Source: Longimicrobiales bacterium (GTDB lineage Bacteria; Gemmatimonadota; Gemmatimonadetes; Longimicrobiales; Gaopeijiaceae). Taken from it: a stretch of DNA of 64,000 nt. Made by a program: the position numbers and the translations under genes. The DNA lies in the NCBI GenBank assembly GCA_963664435.2, contig CAXXKM010000002.1, positions 352,001 through 416,000 of the forward strand, in the 5' to 3' direction. Under the pieces are notes generated by a model. It had not been told where the DNA came from and did not search any database. It saw nothing but the letters and a program-made list of their open reading frames with translations. This document shows, one piece after another, positions 1 to 10,325 of the stretch; the first letter of the stretch is position 1, and every line of letters starts with the position of its first letter.

Positions 1-1497
1 CACGAAGAGGCCCGTCTCGAAGGTGGCCGCCGCCACGCCGACCGCGTCGCGTAGCGAATCCAGGGGAACGGCCGCATGCACTTCCAGATCGATCTCCCCG
101 TCCTCGCCCCGGAAGCGCGCGATCTGGGCGGGCACCTCCAGGAGCGCGGGAAGCGAAGGAGCGGTCATGCGCGCGGGCTGGCGCGCCCGGTAGTTCTCGG
201 CATAGAAGCGGAAGCCGTTGGCGAAGGTAGCTCCGCGGTATCCCGGCATGCCCCGGAACACGAACACCGGCCCGTTCCTGCCGTAGCTCCACACGGTCGT
301 CACCCGGCCGACGGACTCCATGTCTCCGCCGGCGGTCGTATTGGCCCCGAAGCTCGCCTGGCGCAGCGGCCTGCCGTAGCGCACCCAGATGTCGCCCCGG
401 TCCGTGCGCCATCCCGGGACATCGTATTCGGGCAGGCCGAACCGCAGATCGACGTAGGCCATGCGCGAAAGGTACTCGGCCCAGTACTCGTTCGAGGGCG
501 TGAGGTAGAGCGGATCCCAGGCCGTCCAGAAGCGGCGGGCGGCGTCCGCCGGATCCGCGCCGACACGCGCTTCGAAGATCTCGGCGTCGTCCTGCGTGAG
601 CAGACGCGATACCGCCATGAAGTCCGCCCGCGTCTCCTCCGGCAGCAACTCGACGGCGTACTCGAAGGCGCCTGCCGCCTCATCGTCGCGGCCCTCGGCG
701 TGCAGTCCCAGACCGAACGCGAGATAGGCGCGGGGCTCGGACGGGGCCGCGCGCACGAAGCGCTGGGCTTCGGCCATGAACTCGGCCATGCGCCCGGTGT
801 CGTAGTAGAAGGCCAGCAGATGGGTGGCCGCCCCGACGTGCGCGGGATCCGCGGTCAGCGCCCGGCGAAAGTGGTCGAGCATGGCCTCGCGCGCCGCAGC
901 ACCCTGCCCCGGAGCGTAGCCCGAAGCCTGGAGCGCGTCCCAGACGTAATTGGCGCTTTCGAAGGCGATGTCCCCCCGGAGTTCCGCGATGCCGATGGGA
1001 AGCAGGCGGCGGTAGCGAAGCCGGCGCCAGGTCGTCTCGCTGAAGATGCCGAGCTGGTAGTGGACCTCCGCGAGCGTGGGCGCGTCGGCGCGTTCGGCCA
1101 CATCCAGCGCCCGCCGGAGCATCCTGCGCGCGTCCACCCGGATTTCCTGCATCATCAGGAGCCTGGCAAGCTCCAGCAGGTACAGGGGATTCTCCGGGTC
1201 GTGGCGCACGGCCAGGTCGAGCGCTTCGCGGGCGATGATGCGGCGACGGAAATCACCCGTGCCGCGGGGAGCCTGCCGGGCGTGGTACAGCCCCTTGAGG
1301 AAGTGCGCCTCCGCGTACCCGGGGTCGATCGTGACGGCCCGCTCGATATGGCCCAGCGCACGGATGGTATCGCCTTTCTGCGCCAGCCGGACACCCTCCT
1401 CGAGCGCCGCAAGCGCCGCGGCTCGCTGAGCCAGGATTCCATGCGGCAGCGACAGCCCGCACAGGAGAAGGAGGGCGGCGATCGGCTTCATGGACAT
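1..1497 (-). CDS. GWxTD domain-containing secreted protein with N-terminal TPR-like repeats (runs off window edge)
   Basis: Translated by hand because it is not in the ORF track. ATG at 1497, signal peptide MSMKPIAALLLLCGLSLPHGILA, TPR-like helices (AVTIDPGYAEAHFL; AVRHDPENPLYLLEL), RRFWTAWDP...PGWRTDRGDIWVRYG motif; frame open to position 1. Confidence 0.85.
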   Translation of the reverse strand, partial: MSMKPIAALLLLCGLSLPHGILAQRAAALAALEEGVRLAQKGDTIRALGHIERAVTIDPGYAEAHFLKGLYHARQAPRGTGDFRRRIIAREALDLAVRHDPENPLYLLELARLLMMQEIRVDARRMLRRALDVAERADAPTLAEVHYQLGIFSETTWRRLRYRRLLPIGIAELRGDIAFESANYVWDALQASGYAPGQGAAAREAMLDHFRRALTADPAHVGAATHLLAFYYDTGRMAEFMAEAQRFVRAAPSEPRAYLAFGLGLHAEGRDDEAAGAFEYAVELLPEETRADFMAVSRLLTQDDAEIFEARVGADPADAARRFWTAWDPLYLTPSNEYWAEYLSRMAYVDLRFGLPEYDVPGWRTDRGDIWVRYGRPLRQASFGANTTAGGDMESVGRVTTVWSYGRNGPVFVFRGMPGYRGATFANGFRFYAENYRARQPARMTAPSLPALLEVPAQIARFRGEDGEIDLEVHAAVPLDSLRDAVGVAAATFETGLFV

Positions 1498-1664
1498 CCG
1501 ACGGAATCAGCGGGACGGGTCACGCGGAACTTGCGTATACCCGCCACCCCCGGCAACTTGCCGCCTCCAAACCCCTCACGGCGCTCTTCCGCGCAGTATC
1601 GGCATGCCTTGTCCCTGCACGATCGGTTGACTCGTTCCCGCGACGCTCTCCGTCGGGGCGCTCC

Positions 1665-2570
1665 ATGTCGCCGAACCCCGAGAACATGAACTCCGCGACC
1701 CGCCCGGGAGGCCCCGGGGCATACCTCGAACTGACCAAGCCCGGGATCGCGTGCTTCGTCATGACCCTGACCGGGGTGTCCTGCTATGTGGCGGTCGGAG
1801 GCGACCTGGCGGTTCTCCTCATTCTCCACACGGCTCTGGGAACGGGGCTGGTGACGGGCGGCGCGCTGGCGCTCAACCAGTACGCCGAACGCCGCGAGGA
1901 CGCGCTCATGACGCGCACCCGCGGGCGCCCGATCCCGTCGGGGCGCGTCCCGGCACGCCACGCACGCGATTTCGGACTCCTGCTTACCGTGGTTGGAGCC
2001 GTCTACCTGTGGTCGGTGGTCGGGTGGCTGCCCGCCGTTCTCGCCCTGCTGTCGAGCGCCCTCTACGTGCTGGTGTACACGCCGCTCAAGACGCGAACCT
2101 CGCTCGCGAGCCTGGTGGGCGCGTTTCCCGGCGCGCTTCCCGTGCTGGTGGGCTGGAGCGCGGCGGCGGGCACGCTGTCGGCACAGGCGTTCGCGGTGTT
2201 CGGGGTCTTCTTCATGTGGCAGCTTCCGCACATCCTCGCGCTGGCGTGGATCTGCCGCGAGGACTATGCCCGCGCCGGCATCATCATGGCGCCTCCGGGC
2301 GACGAGCAGGGACGCCTGCTCAGCCTGCGCATGGTCGCGGCCGCGGGCGCGCTGCTTCCGGTGAGTCTCGCGCCCGTGCTGCTCGACCTGACCGGCATGG
2401 TGTACGCCGCCGGAGCACTGCTGGCGGGGATGGCGCTCCTGGCGGTGACGCTCGCGTGCGCGGGGCGCCTTACGGACAGGCGGGCGCGCCGGGTCTTCGT
2501 GGGAACGCTGCTTTATCAGCCTTGTCTGCTGGTGTTGCTGATCGTCGATACCCTGGCGGTCGGTGGATGA
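1665..2570 (+). CDS. cyoE: Protoheme IX farnesyltransferase (heme o synthase)
   Basis: YLELTKP, LNQYAERREDALMTRTRGRPIPSGR, YTPLKTRT, GAFPGALP and FMWQLPH motifs of the CtaB/CyoE UbiA family; multi-TM. Confidence 0.93.
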   Translation: MSPNPENMNSATRPGGPGAYLELTKPGIACFVMTLTGVSCYVAVGGDLAVLLILHTALGTGLVTGGALALNQYAERREDALMTRTRGRPIPSGRVPARHARDFGLLLTVVGAVYLWSVVGWLPAVLALLSSALYVLVYTPLKTRTSLASLVGAFPGALPVLVGWSAAAGTLSAQAFAVFGVFFMWQLPHILALAWICREDYARAGIIMAPPGDEQGRLLSLRMVAAAGALLPVSLAPVLLDLTGMVYAAGALLAGMALLAVTLACAGRLTDRRARRVFVGTLLYQPCLLVLLIVDTLAVGG

Positions 2571-3922
2571 ATCCGACGGGCGAGGCGCGCTTCACTGGAA
2601 TCCGGCCAGCCAAGCTCGTAAGTTCAAATCCCATGACCAGATACAGACCCACGACGTGGAGCGCGACCGTGCACCTCCTGCCTTTGCCCTTCCCGTCTCC
2701 CATAACGCGAGCCCGGTTCCGTGCGATCCCGCTCCGGCGCCTCGCCGCCGCCGCGCTTTTCGCCGCAGCCCTCGGCCCGGGTGCACCCGCGGCTTCCGCC
2801 CAGGAAGAACCCCGTCCCCGGGCGCGCGACATCGGGATCGCGCCCGGCATCTTCGCCCCGGGACCGTACAACGCGATCACGGACGTGGAAGGCGTGCTGG
2901 TGGGGCACGCCACGGTGCGCGAGGGCGACCGCGTCCGCACCGGGGTGACGGCCATCCGCCCGCATGGCGGAAACGTCTTCCGCGACCGGGTGCCGGCCGC
3001 GATGCACGTCGGCAACGGCTTCGGCAAGCTGCTCGGCGTGACCCAGGTGCGGGAACTCGGCGAGCTGGAGACACCCATCCTGCTCACCTGCACGCTGTGC
3101 GTGTGGAAGGCGGCGGATGCCCTGACGGAATGGATGCTGTCGCGGGATGGGATGGAGGGGGTGCGCTCGATCAACCCGGTCGTGGGTGAAACCAACGACG
3201 GCGGCCTGAACGACATCCGCTCGCGGCCGATCACCCCCGGGCACGTGCGCGCGGCGCTCGAGTCGGCCGGCGGCGGCCCGGTGGAGGAGGGATCGGTCGG
3301 GGCGGGAACCGGGACCCGCGCCTTCGGCTGGAAAGGGGGCATCGGCACCAGCAGCCGGGTTGTGCCCGACGAACTGGGCGGCTACACGGTGGGCGTGCTG
3401 GTGCAGTCCAACTTCGGGGGCATTCTCACCATCGCGGGGGCGCCGGTGGGGCGCGAGCTGGGCCGCTACTCGTTTCAGGGTACGGCCCCGGGAGACGACG
3501 CCCCGGCCGGGTCGGACCGGGACGAAGGAGAGGGAGGCGGAGACGAGGGACAGGGGTCCATCATGATGGTGGTGGCGACGGACGCACCCCTCTCGCCCCT
3601 CAAGCTCGAGCGCGTGGCGCGACGGGCCATGATGGGGCTGGCGCGCACCGGATCGTTCGCCGGCAACGGCTCGGGCGACTACGTGATCGCCTTCTCCACC
3701 GCATCCGAAGTGCGGCGCGGAGGGGAGGAGGTGCTGGCGGTGGAGGAGGTCGCCAACAGCCGCATGTCATCGCTCTTCCTGGCCACTGTCGAAGCCACCG
3801 AGGAAGCCGTCTACAACTCGCTCTTCAGGGCCACGACGGTATCGGGGATGGGGAACACCGCGGACGCTCTGCCCATCGAAGAGACGATGGAAGTGCTGCG
3901 GCGCTACAACGTCATCCCCTGA
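2567..3922 (+). CDS. DmpA-like L/D-aminopeptidase (peptidase family S58/P1); start uncertain (2567 or 2633)
   Basis: RARDIGI, NAITDVEGVLVGH, NGFGK, GSVGAGTG, KGGIGTSSR, G/SIMMVVATDAP autoprocessing site and NGSGD; signal-like segment before AQEEPRPR. Confidence 0.9.
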   Translation: MNPTGEARFTGIRPAKLVSSNPMTRYRPTTWSATVHLLPLPFPSPITRARFRAIPLRRLAAAALFAAALGPGAPAASAQEEPRPRARDIGIAPGIFAPGPYNAITDVEGVLVGHATVREGDRVRTGVTAIRPHGGNVFRDRVPAAMHVGNGFGKLLGVTQVRELGELETPILLTCTLCVWKAADALTEWMLSRDGMEGVRSINPVVGETNDGGLNDIRSRPITPGHVRAALESAGGGPVEEGSVGAGTGTRAFGWKGGIGTSSRVVPDELGGYTVGVLVQSNFGGILTIAGAPVGRELGRYSFQGTAPGDDAPAGSDRDEGEGGGDEGQGSIMMVVATDAPLSPLKLERVARRAMMGLARTGSFAGNGSGDYVIAFSTASEVRRGGEEVLAVEEVANSRMSSLFLATVEATEEAVYNSLFRATTVSGMGNTADALPIEETMEVLRRYNVIP

Positions 3923-3939
3923 CAGGGTCGGCTGTCCGC

Positions 3940-5547
3940 CTACCCCAGCCGCGCGGGCTTGACGTAGGAGATCTGGTCGAGTTCGCGCAGGCGCTCGAGC
4001 AGCTCCTGCGTGATCTCCCCGTCCACCGACACCGCCGCCATGGCGTCCCCTCCCGGCTCCAGGCGAGCCTGGTGGTATCCGGCGATGTTGAAACCCATCG
4101 ACGCGAGCACCGTGCCGACCCCGGCGATCACCCCGGGCTTGTCCTGATTGCGCACGATCACGATGGAGCCCTCCGGCACCAGGTCGACGGAGAAGTCGCC
4201 GATGCCCACGATTCGCGGATGGGTGCCCTCCAGCAGCGCTCCGGCGACCCTCAGCCGTCCCCCCTCCGCCTCCACCTCGGTCATCAGGTATTCGGAGTAG
4301 TCCGGGTGCCGGGTCGCCTGCGCCGACACGACCCTCATGCCGCGCGCCTCTGCGAGACGGGCCGCATTGACCGCATTCACCCGCGTGCCCCCGACGATGT
4401 CCTCCAGCAGCCCGCAAAGCACCGCGGCGGTCAGGGGGACGGGCGCCTCTTCGAATCCGCCGGCGTAGCGGACCTGCACCTCCCGGATGCCCCCGGACGC
4501 AAGCGCGCACGCGAGACGTCCCATCCGGGTCCCCAGCTCCAGCAGGGGACGCAGCTTGCGCAGCGTCGCTCCGTCGATGCCGGGTGCGTTGACCGCGCGC
4601 GAGAGGTCGCCGTCGAGCAGCGCTCCCCGCACGCCCGCCGCGATCTCGGAAGCCACCAGTTCCTGCGCCTCCGCGGTGGAGGCCCCCAGGTGGGGACTGA
4701 GCATGAGGTTCGGGCTGCCCAGCAGCGGACTGGACGCCGGCAGCGGTTCCTGGCGGAAGACATCCAGCGCGGCACCCGCCACCCATCCCTCCCGGAGGGC
4801 GCGGGCAAGCGTGTCTTCGTCCACCACGCCGCCACGGGCCGCATTGACGAGGTAGGCCGAGGGCTTCATGCGACGCAGCTGCTTCGCCCCGATCATGGAG
4901 GAGGTGGAGGGGGTGAGCGGCACATGGAGGCTGAGGAAGTCGGCCTGCTCGATCACGTCGTCGAAATCGCGCGGCTCCGCGTCCAGTTCCTCCGCGCGGG
5001 TTGCGGGCAGATAGGGATCGTAGACCAGGACCCTCATGCCGAAGGCGCGGGCGCGGCGGGCCACTTCCCCGCCGATGCGTCCCGCCCCGATGAGCCCGAG
5101 CGTCTTGCGGTTGAGCTCCACCCCGGCGAGCCCCGGCGTCTTCCAGGTCATCTCGCGCACCGACCGGTCGGCGGCGACGACCTTTCGGGCCAGCGTCAGA
5201 ATGAGCGCGAAGGTGAGCTCCGCGGCGGAGACGGTGTTGCCCGCAGGGGCGTTCAGCACCGGGATGCCGCGCTCCGTTGCGGCGTCGAGATCGATGTTGT
5301 CCACCCCCGCTCCGGCCCGGCCGATGACCTTCAGGCTGGAGGCCGCCTCGATCAGTTCCCGCGTGATCCGGGTGGCGCTGCGCACGATGACGGCGTCCGC
5401 CCCGGTCATCGCCTCTGCCTTCTCCGCCGGCGAGCACTCCGCCAGCCAGCGCACCTCGAAGCGCCCGTCGCCGGTGAGCGCGCCAAGCCCCGAGCGCGAG
5501 ACCTTGTCCGCCACCGCGACCACGTACCGTCGGCCGAGCCCGCTCAT
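3940..5547 (-). CDS. serA: D-3-phosphoglycerate dehydrogenase
   Basis: GRAGAGVDNID, NTVSAAE, GAGRIG, VNAARGG, PHLGASTAEAQ; C-terminal ASB and ACT (DKPGVI) domains. Confidence 0.95.
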   Translation of the reverse strand: MSGLGRRYVVAVADKVSRSGLGALTGDGRFEVRWLAECSPAEKAEAMTGADAVIVRSATRITRELIEAASSLKVIGRAGAGVDNIDLDAATERGIPVLNAPAGNTVSAAELTFALILTLARKVVAADRSVREMTWKTPGLAGVELNRKTLGLIGAGRIGGEVARRARAFGMRVLVYDPYLPATRAEELDAEPRDFDDVIEQADFLSLHVPLTPSTSSMIGAKQLRRMKPSAYLVNAARGGVVDEDTLARALREGWVAGAALDVFRQEPLPASSPLLGSPNLMLSPHLGASTAEAQELVASEIAAGVRGALLDGDLSRAVNAPGIDGATLRKLRPLLELGTRMGRLACALASGGIREVQVRYAGGFEEAPVPLTAAVLCGLLEDIVGGTRVNAVNAARLAEARGMRVVSAQATRHPDYSEYLMTEVEAEGGRLRVAGALLEGTHPRIVGIGDFSVDLVPEGSIVIVRNQDKPGVIAGVGTVLASMGFNIAGYHQARLEPGGDAMAAVSVDGEITQELLERLRELDQISYVKPARLG

Positions 5548-6707
5548 CGCTTCCCTCCGGCAAACCCCTGTCCGGGGGATGCCCGCAGGACCTCCTCCAG
5601 CGCTTTCAGCACCCCATCGAGTTCCTCCACGGTGTGGTCTCCCATGTGGCCGATGCGCACCGACCGCGGCTTGAGCCTGCCGTATCCCGCTCCGATCACG
5701 AATCCGCGCTCCTTCATCGCCTGAGCGACCTCCGGACCCGTCCGCCCCGGCGGCAGGAGCAGACAGGTCACGGTGGGCGAGCGGAAGCCCTCAGGCGCGA
5801 GAACCGACAGCTCCACGCCGGCCTCCTCCCTCGTCGCGTCCGCCCACTCCGCGCACCTGCGCGCCATGGCTGCGTGGCGCGCCCAGCGTCCCTCAAGGCT
5901 CTCCGCGGAGATGTGCCGCAGCTGCTCCGCAAGGGAGTACAGCAACGTCACCGCGGGCGTGTTCGGCGTCTGTTCCTTTGCCAGCGCATCGTAGAACACG
6001 ACCAGGTCGAAGTAGACCCCCTTGCGGGCCGCGCTCCCGGAACGCTCCATCATGCGCTCGGAGGCGACGCCGAACGCCAGCCCCGGGGGCAGCGCCATCG
6101 CTTTCTGGGAACCGGAGAGCACGAAATCGAGCCCCCGGTCGTCCGCCTGCACCGGGGCGCCTCCCGCGCTGGTAACGGCATCCACCAGAACCAGCGTGTC
6201 GGGAAACTCCCTCACCACCCGCGCCAGCTGGGCGATCGGGTTGAGGGCTCCCGTGGAGGTCTCGGAGTGCACCATGGTCACGGCGTCGTAGCGCCTCTCG
6301 CGCAGGCGGTCCCGAAGCGCGTCCGGATCGTGCACGCCGCCCCACGGCACCTCCAGGTGGTCCACCTCGAACCCGCAGGCGCGCGCAATTCGGGCGAAGC
6401 GCTCCGAGAACGCCCCGTTCACCAGCGAAAGCACCCGCTCGCGCGCGCCGTTGCGCACCGCAGCCTCCATGAGGCCGGTCGCGGAGGACGTGGAGACCAG
6501 AACGGGCCGCGCGGTGCCGAACACCTCGCGCAGGCCGGGCTGGATCTCTCTCATGAGCGCGTTGATGGGTTCGCCGCGATGCCCGATCAGTGCCCGCTTC
6601 TGGGCAGCCAGCACCGCCGGCCGAACCTCGGTGGGACCGGGCAGAAAGAAGCGGCCGAACCCGCCCTCCCCGGCTGGCCCGCCGCACGCCGTCGAGTTGT
6701 CGGTCAT
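5544..6707 (-). CDS. Class V aminotransferase (alanine-glyoxylate/serine-pyruvate type)
   Basis: FLPGPT, VHSETSTG, VDAVTS, SGSQKAMALPPGL (PLP lysine), RIGHMG; 4-nt overlap with serA. Confidence 0.92.
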   Translation of the reverse strand: MTDNSTACGGPAGEGGFGRFFLPGPTEVRPAVLAAQKRALIGHRGEPINALMREIQPGLREVFGTARPVLVSTSSATGLMEAAVRNGARERVLSLVNGAFSERFARIARACGFEVDHLEVPWGGVHDPDALRDRLRERRYDAVTMVHSETSTGALNPIAQLARVVREFPDTLVLVDAVTSAGGAPVQADDRGLDFVLSGSQKAMALPPGLAFGVASERMMERSGSAARKGVYFDLVVFYDALAKEQTPNTPAVTLLYSLAEQLRHISAESLEGRWARHAAMARRCAEWADATREEAGVELSVLAPEGFRSPTVTCLLLPPGRTGPEVAQAMKERGFVIGAGYGRLKPRSVRIGHMGDHTVEELDGVLKALEEVLRASPGQGFAGGKR

Positions 6708-6711
6708 GGTT

Positions 6712-8541
6712 TCATCTTCTGCGGCGCGCCGCCTTGCGGCGGGCACCGGCTTCGAGGATTCGCTTGCGCAGACGGATCGCTTCCGGAGTGACCTCGATGA
6801 GCTCGTCGTCCGCGATGAACTCCAGAGCGGATTCCAGCGTGATGATGCGCGGCGGCTCCAGGCGGATGTTGTCGTCCGCCGCCGCCGCCCGGATGTTGGT
6901 GAGCTTCTTTCCCTTGCACATGTTGACGTCCAGGTCGCCCGTGCGGACGTGCACGCCCACGACCATGCCCTCGTAGACCGGGGCCCCGGGCCCGAGGAAG
7001 AAGGTGGCGCGCTCCTGCAGGCCGAAGATGGCGTACGCCACCGCGACGCCCCGGCGGTCGGCCACCACCGCGCCGCGCTCCCGTCCGGGCAGCGCCCCCG
7101 CCCACCGGCCGTACTCCAGGAAGCGATGGTGCATCAGCCCGTCCCCGCGGGTGTCGGTGAGAAACTCGGTCCGATAGCCGAACAGGCCGCGCGCCGGAAT
7201 CCGGAAGCGCAGCCGGATCGACCCCCGGCCCGTCGGTCTCATCTCCAGCATCTCGCCCCGTCGCGCGCCCAGCTTCTCGATTACCGTGCCCACCCGGGAC
7301 TCGGGCACCTCCGCCACCAGCTCTTCATAAGGCTCCAGAGGCTCGCCGGCGGGACCTTCGCGCATGAGCACGCGCGGGCGCGAGACCTGGAACTCGTAGC
7401 CCTCGCGGCGCATGGTCTCCATGAGGATGGAGAGGTGCAACTCACCCCGTCCCGCGACCCGGAAGGTATCCGGATGGTCGGTCGCTTCCACGTTCAGGGC
7501 GACGTTGCGCTCCATCTCCCGGAAGAGCCGCTCGCCCAGCTGGCGCGTGGTGACGTATTTCCCTTCGCCCGAAAAAGGCGAGTCGTTGACGAGGAAGTCG
7601 ACCGAAATCGTGGGCCGCTCCACCGCGATGCCCTTCAGGCGTTCGAGGCGCGCCGGATCGGCCAGGGTCCTGCCGATCTCCACCCCGGAGACGCCCGCCA
7701 CCGCCACGATGTCCCCCGCGCCGGCTTCCGCGATGTCCACGCGCTCCAGCCCGTCGAATCCGTACACCTTGAGCGCACGCGAGCGCGCCACGTCATCCTC
7801 CTCGACCATGCCGGCCGCGCCCAGGGGCAGCACGGCCACCTCCTGGCCGGGTCGGATGCACCCGCGCTCCACGCGGCCGATCGCGATGCGCCCCACATAG
7901 GAGGAGTAGTCCAGCGTCGACACGAGCATCTGGAACGGCCCCGCCGGTTCCGAGGGAGGCGCGGGCACGTGATCCACGACGGCCGCGAACAGCGGCGCCA
8001 GGTCGGCACCCCGCTCGCCGGCACTCGCCGTGGCCCATCCCTCCCGGCCGGAGGCATACAGGAAGGGCGCGTCGAGCTGCTCGTCGGAGGCTTCGAGATC
8101 CATGAAGAGCTCCAGCACCTCGTCGTGGACCTCTTCGGCGCGCGCGTCCGGCCGCTCGGCCTTGTTGATGACCACCACCGGAGCGTGTCCCAACTCGAGG
8201 GCCTTGGCGGTCACGAACCGGGTCTGGGGCATCGGCCCCTCGGCGGCGTCGACCAGGATCAGCACCCCGTTCACCATGCGCAGGATGCGCTCGACCTCAC
8301 CTCCGAAGTCGGCGTGGCCCGGGGTGTCCACGATGTTGATCTTGAACTCGCCCCAGCGCACCGAGGTGTTCTTGGACAGGATCGTGATGCCCCGCTCCCG
8401 CTCCAGCGGATTGGAGTCCATCACCCGCTCGCGCACTTCCTGGTTTTCCCGGAACACCCCCGCCTGGCGGAGCATCTGGTCCACGAGGGTGGTCTTCCCA
8501 TGATCGACATGGGCGATGATGGCGACGTTGCGGACCTTCAT
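6712..8541 (-). CDS. typA: Translational GTPase TypA/BipA
   Basis: AIIAHVDHGKTTLVD, RERGITILSK, DTPGHADFGGEVER, GRGELHL, KKLTNIRA, ELIEVTPEAIRLRK. Confidence 0.97.
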   Translation of the reverse strand: MKVRNVAIIAHVDHGKTTLVDQMLRQAGVFRENQEVRERVMDSNPLERERGITILSKNTSVRWGEFKINIVDTPGHADFGGEVERILRMVNGVLILVDAAEGPMPQTRFVTAKALELGHAPVVVINKAERPDARAEEVHDEVLELFMDLEASDEQLDAPFLYASGREGWATASAGERGADLAPLFAAVVDHVPAPPSEPAGPFQMLVSTLDYSSYVGRIAIGRVERGCIRPGQEVAVLPLGAAGMVEEDDVARSRALKVYGFDGLERVDIAEAGAGDIVAVAGVSGVEIGRTLADPARLERLKGIAVERPTISVDFLVNDSPFSGEGKYVTTRQLGERLFREMERNVALNVEATDHPDTFRVAGRGELHLSILMETMRREGYEFQVSRPRVLMREGPAGEPLEPYEELVAEVPESRVGTVIEKLGARRGEMLEMRPTGRGSIRLRFRIPARGLFGYRTEFLTDTRGDGLMHHRFLEYGRWAGALPGRERGAVVADRRGVAVAYAIFGLQERATFFLGPGAPVYEGMVVGVHVRTGDLDVNMCKGKKLTNIRAAAADDNIRLEPPRIITLESALEFIADDELIEVTPEAIRLRKRILEAGARRKAARRRR

Positions 8542-8603
8542 GCCGGGTCTGGTCCTGCCGGAGTATCGTCGGAGAGACGGATGCGCGAAGCCCGGCGAGA
8601 CCT

Positions 8604-10202
8604 CTAGCGGCCTGCCCGCCGGAGCACGCGTCCCGCGCGCTCGCCGGTGAAGGCCCCGTCACGGATCGCCGCCGTGCCGTTGACGAAAACGTGCACCATA
8701 CCCTGCGACAATTGGTGCGGGTCCGTGTAGGTGGCGAGATCCCGGACCTCCTCCAGGTCGAAGACCACGATGTCCGCGACGGCCCCCATGACGAGCCTCC
8801 CCCGGCCTTCGAGACCGAAGACGTCCGCGGGAAGCCTTGTCATGCTTCGGATTGCCGCCTTGAGGCTTACGGTGCCCTTCTCCACCACGTACCTGCGCAG
8901 CTTGCGCGGGAAGGTGCCGTAGGCGCGCGGATGCGGCACGCCCACCTGCCACTCCGGAAGCGCGCCGTCGGACGCGGTCATCGTCCAGGACTGGACCATG
9001 AAGGCGGCGATGTCGTCGTCGTCCATGTTGAAGGAAACCACCGAAGCGCCTCCCTCGCCGATCAGCTCCAGCGCCGCGTCCAGCGGATGGAGGGAACGCG
9101 CCTGCGCCACATCCTCCAGGGTGCGGCCCTCGATGGAGGGATCCGGGCGGAAGCGGCGGAACTGGAGGCGATCGGCTCCTCCGCGACGCGCGAGATTGGC
9201 TTCCATTTCCCCGCGGATGCGATCCCGCGTCGCGGGATCGCCGAGGCGAGCCATCAGCGAGTCCCCTCCCCCCGCCTGCGCCCATCGTGGAAGGAGCGCC
9301 GCGGAGAGCCCCGTCGAGGAGGCCTCGTACGGGTACTGGTCCGCGTACACTTCGACGCCTTCCGCCCTGGCTGCCTCGATGGCGGCGATCACCTCCGCCG
9401 ACCTGCCCCACACCGGCGGCCCGAGCGCCTTGATGTGGGTGACCACCCCCGGCAGTCCCGCAGAGCGCGCCACCGCGATCACCTCCTCCACCGCCGCGAC
9501 CAGGCCGATGGTGTAATCCGACTCGTCGCGGATGTGGCTGGCATAGACCCCGCCGAACTCCGCCGCGACTTCGGCCAGAGCCACCAGCTCGCGGGTGTCC
9601 GAATAGCTGCCGGGTGCGTAGAAGGGCCCGGACGACATCCCGAAGGCTCCTTCCTCCATGCCCGCCCGCACCAGCTCCCTCATGCGCTCCAGTTCCCCGG
9701 GTCCGGGCAGCCGGTCCTCCATCCCGAGCACCGCCCGGCGCACCGATCCGTGCGGCACCAGCTGCGCCACGTTGACGCCGAGCCCGTGTTCGAGCAGAAG
9801 CGCCCTCTGTTCGGCCAGGTCCACCGGCCCGCCGCCGTCGGGGTTCACCACCACCGTCGTGATTCCCTGCGCCAGCAGGGGCTCGGCGTGGCTGCGGTCC
9901 TCCGTGTCCAGCCCGGAGCCCGCGTGCGAATGAACATCGATGAAGCCCGGAGCGATGTGGAGCCCGGTGATGTCCAGAGTGTCGTCCGCATGATAGCCGG
10001 AGAGATCGCCCATCGCCGCGATCCGGTCTCCGGCCAGGGCCACGTCCGTGACGAACGCGGGTTCGTCGCCCGCAGCCTGCTGGATACCGCCGCGCAGGAT
10101 GACGTCGAACTCCGGGGCGCCGCCGGAGGAGCACGCGCTCACGGTCAACGCCAGGAGCAGGGTCAGCAGACGGCGGCGCGGAGCGTCAACAGCAGTTTCC
10201 AT
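8604..10202 (-). CDS. N-acyl-D-amino-acid deacylase (amidohydrolase family), probable lipoprotein
   Basis: PGFIDVHSH, SHIRDE, ADQYPY, ASDG, PHPRAYGTFPR; lipobox VSAC; GGAG RBS before ATG 10202. Confidence 0.9.
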   Translation of the reverse strand: METAVDAPRRRLLTLLLALTVSACSSGGAPEFDVILRGGIQQAAGDEPAFVTDVALAGDRIAAMGDLSGYHADDTLDITGLHIAPGFIDVHSHAGSGLDTEDRSHAEPLLAQGITTVVVNPDGGGPVDLAEQRALLLEHGLGVNVAQLVPHGSVRRAVLGMEDRLPGPGELERMRELVRAGMEEGAFGMSSGPFYAPGSYSDTRELVALAEVAAEFGGVYASHIRDESDYTIGLVAAVEEVIAVARSAGLPGVVTHIKALGPPVWGRSAEVIAAIEAARAEGVEVYADQYPYEASSTGLSAALLPRWAQAGGGDSLMARLGDPATRDRIRGEMEANLARRGGADRLQFRRFRPDPSIEGRTLEDVAQARSLHPLDAALELIGEGGASVVSFNMDDDDIAAFMVQSWTMTASDGALPEWQVGVPHPRAYGTFPRKLRRYVVEKGTVSLKAAIRSMTRLPADVFGLEGRGRLVMGAVADIVVFDLEEVRDLATYTDPHQLSQGMVHVFVNGTAAIRDGAFTGERAGRVLRRAGR

Positions 10203-10325
10203 CTCCAGATTCCTTGTCAGCAGTCGGCGTTGGCGGACGGCGCCGGTTGCGCGTTCACGGCATGCGCGTCCCCGGGCGACGCAAGCGGCGTGTCCGGGGA
10301 GCGACCCGCGAAGCCGCACCTCGGG

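Noticed and set aside
76..1689. Long plus-strand ORF, and similar long ORFs such as 8691-12500, 24490-27471 and 42580-44349
   Set aside because: Antisense shadows of real genes in high-GC DNA; Arg/Gly/Ala-rich with no motifs.
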